Shown piece after piece: positions 53,686 to 64,000 of a stretch of 64,000 nucleotides of DNA. Under the pieces are notes generated by a model that worked only from the letters and a program-made list of their open reading frames with translations, was not told where the DNA came from and did not search any database. This stretch comes from Octopus vulgaris. Lineage: Eukaryota. The position numbers and the translations under genes are program-made. Every line of letters starts with the position of its first letter. The first letter of the stretch is position 1. The stretch is from assembly GCA_951406725.2 (NCBI GenBank), contig OX597829.1, forward strand, positions 5,332,001-5,396,000. Reading direction: 5' to 3'.

Positions 53686-54534
53686 ATTTTTTTATACTTT
53701 ATACTTCCTTTATTACTCACTCATTTCTTGGGAGTAACTTATTTTACTTTCAGTGTTTATGAGTGGCAATTCCAACTGGTTTCTTTCGTTTTTTTTTCTT
53801 CATTTTTATTTTCCTTTAAACTTTCCATTATTTGTTTAAGTGATATGGGATCTGTGTTTTTTTAACTCATGAGAATTTTCCTGTCTCTGGGGATGATATT
53901 TCTTTAGTTTTCCTTACTGAAACATATTCAGTGTATACAGCTTGCATTCTTGGCAAAAATGTTTTAGTTTTATGCCATTGTCTTACATAGAGAGGATTTG
54001 GGGCCAAATCTGTCTGTGAGAAATCTTTCTGAGTTGTTTCAGAGCAGACAGAGTTCAAATGCATTTGGTGAAGTAACCAGGTTACAAGTTTCCTTGGACT
54101 TGCATTGTAAAAGATATCTGCATCATATTTTGCCAAAGAAGTATGCCTATGTATTTACATTATATTTCCGGAAGCCATAAAGATGTAGGTTTTTGAAATA
54201 CATCATTCCTATTTATTTTATGACCAGTGAAAATATGGTGATAGGAAAGATTACTTACAAGCTCATCCGGAAGACAAAGATTTCGAAATATTAAGGGACC
54301 AAAGAAAGTTTGTAACTTTAAACAAATGAGAAAACATTGTTTAAGGAATAAATAAGTCTTTCATAAAACAAAAATCAAAGATCAATCTTATGAGAACATG
54401 CTTTGAATATCATGTACATTCATTTGTTTTTTGTTCATTTTGCGAAACAAGCATAGGTTGGATAAATAAACTAAGGCATAGTTTTGCATCTGGATGACGA
54501 CCTTCTTATCACTGATCCTTAATTGTTTTCCATA

Positions 54535-54951
54535 TACTCTCTTTACTCTCTTTTACTTGTTTCAGTCATTTGACTGCGGCCATGCTGGAGCACCGCCTTT
54601 AGTCGAGCAAATTGATCCCGGGACTTATTCTTTTGTAAGCCCAGTACTTATTCTATCGGTCTCTTTTTGCCAAACCACTAAGTGACGGGGACGTAAATAC
54701 ACCAGCATTGCTTGTCAAGCAATGCTAGGGGGACAAACACAAACACAGACACACACATATATGGGTATATATATATATACATATATACGACAGGCTTCTT
54801 TCAGTTTCCGTCTACCAAATCCACTCAAAAAGCTTTGGTCGGCCCGAACCTATAGCAGAAGTCATTTGCCCAAGATGCCACGCAGTGGGACTGAACCCGG
54901 AACCATGTGGTTGGTAAGCAAGCTACTTACCACACAGCCACTCCTGCGCCC
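54535..54951 (-). mobile_element. SINE family A, full length
   Basis: Reverse complement of family A. Confidence 0.9.
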
Positions 54952-55182
54952 ATATAAGAGAATATGTATTGCATGTCTTTGTAAACACAGAAGAAGAGAA
55001 TGAATTTTGGCAGGAAACACAAGAAATGCCACAGACTTTTGTTTTTAGCTCAATGTTTTGATGCAAAGTGAAGAATAAAAATATACTCACACTGACACAT
55101 ATTCATTGATATGTTTTGCTGGCTACTACAGATCACAGAATCTTACATCACACACATGCACGCGTGTGCACATAGACACACA

Positions 55183-55267
<85 letters not shown>

Positions 55268-56261
55268 ACACACACTAATGACAGACAGCGTCTGTGAACC
55301 ACGAGCTGTTGGTTGGCCTGACGTTACAGTAGAAGAGGAGACACTTGCTCAAAGCGGTACCAACTGATAACAAAATGAACTCTATACTCTATATTTACAC
55401 ACCCATTTTTCGTGTCTTTGTGGGTGTGGGTGTGCATGTGTGTAATATGTGTAAGCATGTGTATTTATATACATACATATACATCTGTATGTGCATGTGT
55501 GAGTCTGAGTGTGTGCGTACATGTGTGTACATGTGTGCGTACATGTGTGCGTGTGTGTGCTTAAGATTATTTGAACTGTAGTAACCAGCAAAACAGTTTT
55601 TGTAGTTTCATTTTGTGCATCTTTAATGGTAACATTCAGATTTAACACCCCTCACCCCTGTGTGAAAAAGAACCCTTCATCAAAGATGGGTGTGTGGCCA
55701 GCAGCTTACACCTGTGAAAACACACAATGTTGCATACTGACAAAAACACAACAAGTTGTGTCAAGGCCATATGTTCTGAGAGAAGCTTAGAGGCTGGAAT
55801 ATATAATATTATTGTCTCACTGGCCTCTTACTCACACACACACACACATATACACACATATACTTTTTAGGGAGGAAAAAGACATGTGTGTATACACATA
55901 CATAAATACCCATATGTGTGTGTATGTGTGTGTATAAATACACACACACACATTACATACATATCTACATGTATATATGTAACACATACATGTATGTACA
56001 TATAAACACACAAAGAAAAAGAAATAGGAACTGAGAAAGGAAAGAAGAGAGTGAGTATGAGAGAGAGAGAGAGATGATATAGAAAGATACATACATCTAT
56101 ATATACGTTTCCTTTTGTTCATAGAGTTGCACATTTTGTCATAGTATTATTTTTTACATTTTTATAAATTTTCATAAAACCTAATAAAGATATTTGATAA
56201 TAATAATTATTCATAAAAATTCCCCACTTTGCCCTGCAATGGCAACACCCATAACCAGAGA

Positions 56262-57270
56262 ATCTGTAATCTAGGTGACCAAGTTAGTAGTTGGGGTGGA
56301 TGCTCAGAGAGTGTTACCACTAGAATAAGAATAACCTGGGCAAAGTTTAGAAAGCTCCTACCCCTACTGGTGACAAAGGGTCTCTTGCTCAGAGTGAAAG
56401 GTAGATTGTACGATGCATGAGTGTGAACTGCCGTGAAGTATGGGCCGTGACTGCTGAGGACATGTGTAGGCTCAAAAGAAATGAAGCTAGCATGATCCGT
56501 TGGATGTGTAATGTCAGTGTCCATGCGCGCTAGAGTGTAAGCACCCTGAGAGCAATGTTGGACATAAGAAGCATTGGATGTGGCATGCAGGAGAGACATT
56601 TGCGCTGATATGGTCATGTACTATGGATGGATGAGGAGAGATGTGTGAAGAATTGTTACTCCCAAACAGTGGAAGGAATCTGGGGTAGAGGGAGACCCAG
56701 GAAGACATGGGACGAGGTGGTCAAGCAACACCTTCGAACGCTGGGCCTCACAGATGCAATGATGAAAGACTGAGATCTCTGGAGATATGCTGTGACTGCG
56801 AAGACCCGACAAATGAAGTGAGTTCATGGTTTGCAGGACGGCCTGCTGTGCTTAACTTGGATTTTAGGGTGACCTGCTGTGCTTGAGGAGACCTATTCAG
56901 TCAGGTACATCAACATCAAAATAAAAATCAAATTGAAATTGTAGTTGTGATCCCCATGCCAGTGGCACATAAAAAGCACCATCTGAATGTAGCCAATGGC
57001 AGCACTGCCTTGATTGGTGTCCGTGCCAGTGGCATGTAAAATGCACCGACTTATCGTGGCTGTTGCCAGCCTCCTCTGGCCCCTGTACTGGTGGCATATA
57101 AAAAGCACCCACAACACTCATAGAGGGGTTGACGTTAGGAAGGGTATCCATCTGTAGAAACACTGCCATATCAGACTGGAGCCTGGTGCAGCCTCCTGGC
57201 TTTCCAGACCCCGGTCAGACCATCCAACCCATGCTAGCATGGAAAACGGACGTTAAACGATGATGATGGT
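56262..57270 (+). mobile_element. 5'-truncated RTE LINE (RT C-terminus, 3' UTR, (GAT)n tail)
   Basis: LGDQVSSWGGCSESVTTRIRITWAKFRKLLPLL..KGRLYDA..MIRWMCNV..GRGRPRKTWDEVVK. Confidence 0.9.
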
Positions 57271-57441
57271 ACTGTGTAATGCAACCTATAGTGTCATGTT
57301 CTGTCTGGCAATAAATGGTAAAACTCAGTGGAGCAATGGGGCTTAATAAACATTTATATACTACTTAGGTGTAGAATATTTTATTCTTGTTTTTAAATCC
57401 AAGTAAACACATACACACACACACAGACACACATTATATTC

Positions 57442-57495
<54 letters not shown>

Positions 57496-58454
57496 GACAG
57501 GCTTCTTCCAGTTTTTCATCTACCAAATCCACTCACAAGACTTTAGTCAGCCCAAAGCTATAGTAGAAGACACTTGCCCAAGGTGCCACACAGTGGGACT
57601 AAACCCAGAACCATGTGGTTGGGAAGCAAGCTTCTTATCACACACCCATGCCTTATATATATATATATATATAAAACCATCATTACCATTTCATGTCCAC
57701 TTTCCGTACTGAGATTGTTAGGATTGTTGGACAGAACATGACAAGTTAGATGAACACAGGATGCTCCAATATCACTAGTTTTGGCTTAGTTTTACTGCTG
57801 GGTGCTCTTCCTATCACCAACCATATTAAAGCATATGCTAGAATGTTTGCTTGTGTGTGTGCGTGTGTGTAGCACCAGCAATAGTGAGGAAACACTGCAA
57901 CCCGAGCGTAATAGCCAAAAGAGTGTTCATAAATGATTAAAAAAATGTATAGTAAAGTATGAGGGAAGTACAGAGTGGTAAGGGTAGTGAAATGGGTTGT
58001 GTAAAGGGGCACAAAGCTCCCCTCACTGCCCACAATATATTGAATTTGGGTGGAAGCTGTGAAGGGAAGGGAACATGACAGTGGGAAATGGGTGATGGTG
58101 GCAAGAAATCTGGTGGGAGTCAGTGAGGGAAATTGTGGTTTGGTGGGATTGTGGCAGGTTGGTCGAAATGAAAAGGAGAAAAGAGGAGAGTAAGAGAACT
58201 GGTGCAAATGGTAAAGAATTAGTGGGAGAAAGAGAGGGCAAGAGTAGAGTAAGCATGAAAGGAAAGTATCCAAGACATGGAGGGTGTGGAGAGAATTCAG
58301 TGAGAGAGAGACAGAGAGAGACAGTGGGTCAACTATGGGTGGATGCAATGAGGATATCATAGTCAAAAACATTCCCCTCTTTAGCATTCATTCTACTGTG
58401 CTAAATTTTCTTCAGTGTAACATGTTGCCAATTGTCACCATTGGTTGTCATTGG

Positions 58455-58761
58455 CTGGTTGTTTGTTCCTTCTCGAGCCATGCCTAGCTCATAAGGGCTG
58501 GTTTCCTGGTTTCTTGACGTATAGGTTCCCCACCTGGATGGGACGCCAGACCATCGCAGGTGAGCTGCAAGATGGAGGAGGAAAGAGCAAGAGAAAGTTG
58601 TGGCGAAAGAGTCAGCAGAAGTTCGCCATTACCTTCTACCGGAGCCGCGTGGAGCTTGGATGTTTTCACTCATAAATACACACATCGCCCGGTCTGAGAT
58701 TCGAACTCGCGATCCCCCGACCGCGAGTCCGCTGCTCTAACCACTAGGCCATGTGCCACCA
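58455..58761 (-). mobile_element. SINE family C (tail type 2)
   Basis: Close match to 31236-31540. Confidence 0.85.
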
Positions 58762-59699
58762 CTGTCTTGGTTGGTGTATAAATATAAGTGTGTATGTGTG
58801 TATGCACACATGTGTGTGTGTGTCCTCTTCAAATTTTTAATTATTCAGACTCATTCTGCCAGCAAGGAGCTGGATTCTAACAAATATATACAACTCCATT
58901 GATAGAATGTAGGTAACAAAAACGATGTAACCTTTTGAATTTGAGAAAAGCCTTGCATATTTCATTGTTCCACTTAGAGATGGTTTCTATAACGTGCGTG
59001 TTAGTTGGTTGATTTCTCTTTCTGAAAAACCCTAGCTTGTCTAGATTTTTGTTAAGGCAGTTACTCATAAAACTAAGTGATGTAAAATTAGTGATGTAAA
59101 TGTGAATTTATAATCAAGATGTAGAACCCAAGGGTTTTTAAAGAAGTTGTCCATTATTAAATTCTGCAGCAATAACCTGCATTTTTGTCCTTGTTTCAAA
59201 CAAAGATAGCAAGCCTTTTAAGTTAATACTTGGTAGAAGAATTTGATGTGAGTGTTCGAAAAGGAAATGGACATGTTGCTATACATGATACAAGCCAAGC
59301 CCTTGTCACAGTATTATATAGAGATGAATGCTAAACATAATCCTAACTCCCTCGTACATAAAATACCAGGAAATAAGTACAAACAAGGGAAATGATAGGA
59401 AATCTCACCATCCAGAAAAAAGAAAAAAAAAAAACAACCACAAAAGGGGGTTTCAGAAAGGGTACAAATTCATGATGGGAGTCCAGTATGGGTACAGATG
59501 CAAGGCTGAAATGTATAAAAGAATGGAATAAAAAAAAAGAAAACATTCAAATATGTGTGTGTGTGTGTGTTTGTGTATCTGTATGTCTGTGTGTCTGTAT
59601 GACTGTGTGTCTATGCGTGTGTGTGTGCACATGCTTGTGTGCGTGTCTGTGCATGTGTGTGTATGTGTATGTGTGAACATATATACACTTATTTCTATT

Positions 59700-59735
59700 T
59701 GCTTAAACTTATAAATAGATAGATACATATATATA

Positions 59736-59773
<38 letters not shown>

Positions 59774-60293
59774 TATATATATATATATATATCTGTCTCC
59801 CTCTCTCTCTCTCTGTATATATATATACATATATATGTATACATACATATATATAAACACATATACGTATACATAAATATATATATAAACACATATACAT
59901 ATATATATATATATATCATATATTATATATTCTAAACCAATTATTGCTATTCAATTATTTTGTCTGAAATTCTCTTGCATTTCTGTATGGGGAAAACCTA
60001 TAAAATTCCTATGAAATACGAAGTTGTTTTGCAACCTTTACACAGAAAAGAAGAATTAATTCGATTATAAGAAAAAATTTGCCATCCATTCTAAGCATTG
60101 ACAATGGTTCCATCCTAAGACGGGGTAGAGGTGAAATACTGAAAAGTGTCTACACACACACATGCATATGTACACATGTCTGTGTGTCTTTGCATATGGT
60201 TTTATGCCTATATATATTTTCTCAAGTACATACAACAATATATATGTGTAGGGGATGCATGTATGTGTGTGTGTGTATATATATCTATCTATC

Positions 60294-60345
<52 letters not shown>

Positions 60346-60630
60346 TGAATGGATGGATGTATGCATATATGTATATATGTATATATATATATATATATGT
60401 ATGCATGTATATACATACATATGTATGTGTGTATACAGATGTATATATATATATGTATGCATATATGCATATATGTATATATACATATATATATGCATGT
60501 ATATACATACATACATATGTATGTGTGTATACAGATGTATATATATATGTATGTATATATATATATATATACACACAGATATATATGCATACATATATGC
60601 ATATATGCACGTATGTATATATGTATATAA
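59700..60630. repeat. (TA)n/(TATG)n microsatellite fields
   Basis: Visible. Confidence 0.9.
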
Positions 60631-61511
60631 ATTCAGAAATACCTAAGTGTTTATGTGTATGTATGTGTGTGTAGGTTTTAGTAGGAAAGCAGAAAATGTC
60701 CTTTTAAAGTACTTATTTGTTTTTCGGATATTTGAAAATAATTCCATTAAGATGGAGGTAGTGTTAGTGGTGGTGGTCGCTGTGTAGTTTAGCCTCAGGT
60801 CAACCCCATAAAGCAGGCCTATTCTTAGAAGCCAGCAATTCATGACCGTTGCTTCTTTTCATCATACACTATCTCAGACTATTAAGAAGTTCAGATTTGA
60901 CTTGAAGGAGATTTGGCTGTTATTTCTGTTAGGTTGTCTGATCATCTAGATTTTCATTCAATGGCTTGTAACGTTATATATTTTTTATTATTATAATATA
61001 CAAAAGATGAAAGTAAACCAAATAATGCAGTATTCTCTGGTAGAAATTAAAATGTTCTTCAAGCAAATTCTATAGCCGTCTATGTATATTCATTTCTCCA
61101 GCACAGTTTACGAGCTGGAATAGAATAACATTTAGTTTACAATAAAATAGTTATTGTGTCTAAATGACACTGAAATGCCAAATAAGGAAAAGATCAATTT
61201 CTATTTATTATAAATGATTTTACAGTATTTCAAAGCTTTTTGTTTGTTTTATGCTATTAAGAGAAAGTTGCAAACATAAAATGAAATTGTAAATACAAAG
61301 CAAATTTATGCCAGGCATTGCAAGCCTCGCTAATGTTTCCTGAAAAGCCTACATAACATAATGTAAGCTCAAACTGCATCCGAACAACTAACGGGCAAAT
61401 GTTGGTTTTTATAGCCTTGAGCCAACCAACACCTTGTGAGTGGATTTGGTAGACAGAAACTAAAAAGATGTCTGTCATGTATATATGTATGTGTGTGTGT
61501 GTGTGTCTGCA

Positions 61512-61557
<46 letters not shown>

Positions 61558-61766
61558 GGGGGAGAGTTTACGAAAAAAACAAAAGACGAAGACAGGTGGT
61601 GTACAAAACAAACAGATGTATTAGTATAACGCTCAGGAATAGAAAATATGTTCACACACACACACATGCACAGACACGCACACAAGCATGTGCACACACA
61701 CGCACAGACACACAGTTACACAGACACACAATCATACAGACACACAGACATACAGATACACACACA

Positions 61767-61806
<40 letters not shown>

Positions 61807-61983
61807 TGAATGTTTTTTTTTATTCCATTCTTTTATACATTTCAGCCTTGCATCTGTACTCATACTGGACTCCCAATATATATATATAAAGTTAATCCAA
61901 ATATGGAAACACAAAGAGAAAACACAACAACATGAGGACGTGGAACAAATATAGTATTATTGGACGCTCAGGAAAGAAGGAGG

Positions 61984-62018
61984 GTTTAACGTTTCGAGCG
62001 GACCTCTTCGTCAGAAAC
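61984..62018 (-). ncRNA. Minimal type I hammerhead ribozyme motif (in element 61890-62090)
   Basis: guuu CUGACGA a gag-guccg-cuc GAAA c GUU aaac; intact core, with a compensatory G-C pair in stem I relative to the 45854 copy. Confidence 0.78.
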
Positions 62019-62289
62019 ATAGGAAAAGGAAAGATCCAAAGAAGGGAAGACAGAGGAAAAAAAATCGCCAACGGTACACACGCGGTCATATATATATATA
62101 TGTATGTATGTATACATATATGTCTCTGTGTGTGCATTTTCATGTCTATGTTTGTCACCCACCACCACTTGGAAATCAGTTCTGGGATTGATTCATTTGG
62201 CTAAATGTTCTTCAAGGCAGTGCCCCAGCATGGTCTCAGTCTAATGACTGAAACAAGTAAAAGATAAAAAGATTTTTTCCAGCACAAGA

Positions 62290-62740
62290 AAAAGAAAACG
62301 TTCAGCTTTGATCAATTACTGGCCATCTGTTCATCACCAGCTTGACCAGCAGTCTAATATTGCATATTTGATTGTGCTGATGTAAGTATCCTGTGCAGGA
62401 TCCACAAGACAGCCATCCAAAATGAGTGTCAAATACTCACTCCATAACAAGCTAAACACGGAAGTCATACTTTGTTTCATTGTCTACTCTATTAATTCAA
62501 ACAATAGCTTTTGCCATTCTGAACCATCCTGTTACACCTTACCTCTACTCAGGGGTAGCTTACGTACATATTTCTCATCCCTTTTACTGTAATTCACACT
62601 CCAGACCTCATACTAACTACTCTTATATAGACCTTCCTTGCCAGAGCATCTATTTTCTAGTACTCCCAGCTCACCCACTCTTTTTCCGGTCCTTACAAAT
62701 GTTTTACAATGAATGGCAACATTATTGACCCTACCAGTCA
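62290..62740 (+). mobile_element. Very old CR1/Jockey-group LINE 3' remnant
   Basis: FSFDQLLAI..PAV*YC..LCRIHKTAI..HPF; heavily decayed. Confidence 0.35.
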
Positions 62741-63948
62741 AGGAAGACTTGCCAAGTTCAAAAACACTGACCTCTGACTAAGTCATAAAGAAAACAAATA
62801 TGAATCATTCATAAAGTTTCTTGCTTTATAATTAAGTCGGAGCTGGTGTCTTACTGTTCTGTAAATATACAAAAATATGAAATCCTGCTTTCAAGTTCAA
62901 TCTTTCAAATTATGTCAACCATAATTTCCTCGTTACACATGACATAAATAGTCTTTATACAACCTGGGTGGTATTTATGGTAAACCAAGTAAGGAAATCT
63001 GATGGTTTTTATGTGCTTTTTGTGAATTCAAAAGGCATTACATTTAGGATTTGACAAAAAAGAAAAAAAGAAAAGAAAAACAAAAATGAGAAAACGAGAA
63101 ACAAAAATACTTCTACTAGAGTAAGTATCATACAAGGTGGCATTGCCATTCTTAACAGCAGGCAACTCTAAGATTGGAGTTCTTAAGCAATTTGAGAAAG
63201 ATTGAATATCAGGATGACTGATACTATAGTAAAAGGCCTTGTCTAATTAAGATTGCCCAGAATTATATTCAGTGTTCATAGATTTGATCCAGTAAAGCTT
63301 TACTAGATAGCATCGAGTGTATATTGTTGTGTTTCTCCACCGTTTGTGATACACATCATAAACTCATAAAAACCAGCACAAATACTGACACCAACAGAAC
63401 CACCCATTCCACCACACCCCACCCTTTTTTTTTTCTTTTTCTGCTTTTTCTACTTTTTGCTTTTTGATCACTTCCTCTCTATGGATTTGATGATGATGAT
63501 GATGATCATGATGATCATGATGTTAAAAATGTATATACATATCTATATGCATATATAAACACACACACACACACACACCTTATCATTTATTTGTTTTAGT
63601 CACTAGACTACGCCCATGCTGGTGCACCACATTGGAGAATGTTTAGTCAAATGAATCAACCACAGGATTTATTCCCTTTTGTTTTAAGACCAGTTCTTAT
63701 TCTATCGGTCTCTGTTGCTGACTGCTAAGTTACAGGGATGTGAACACACCAATACCAATTGACAAGTAGTGGTGGTGGTGGTGGTGTCGGGGTGGGGGAT
63801 AAACACACACACACACACATAATACCTCTTTTACATGAGCGCACCTGTTTCTGTCCTCTTTCTTGTTCCTCCCTCGCTCCCTTTCTCTCTCTTCCTCTCC
63901 CTTTCTCTCTCTTCTCTCTCCTTCAACTTATCTCTCTCTATCTCTGTC

Positions 63949-63984
<36 letters not shown>

Positions 63985-64000
63985 GGTAGCCATGTTGTTT

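Noticed and set aside
53867-54136. 89-aa minus-strand ORF
   Set aside because: Non-ATG start, no motif and no convincing splice sites; it may be further decayed LINE sequence.

Overview
This is AT-rich, repeat-saturated eukaryotic DNA, most likely from an Octopus genome. That attribution is inferred from the SINE families, the RTE LINE with a (GAT)n tail and the extreme (TA)n/(CA)n/(TACA)n load. No host protein-coding gene can be supported with confidence, so the window reads as intergenic or deep intronic, and almost all ORFs in the track are microsatellite or SINE artefacts. Recognisable content: at least three tRNA-derived SINE families; decayed LINEs (RTE, RTEX, Tx1/L1, R4/Dong, CR1-like); the 5' end of a Ty3/Gypsy element (LTR plus gag); Tc1/mariner transposase remnants; and piggyBac-, Merlin-, hAT- and Helitron-like non-autonomous elements. 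The most interesting signal is a set of short non-coding elements embedded in (TA)n. Several carry minimal type I hammerhead ribozyme motifs with covarying stem I (45854-45888, 61984-62018, 29308-29343), and one decayed motif caps a long hairpin (41951-41988). Others carry a recurring order-swapped GAAA...CUGANGA motif, one inside a 697-nt direct-repeat unit that resembles a Penelope pseudo-LTR or retrozyme.
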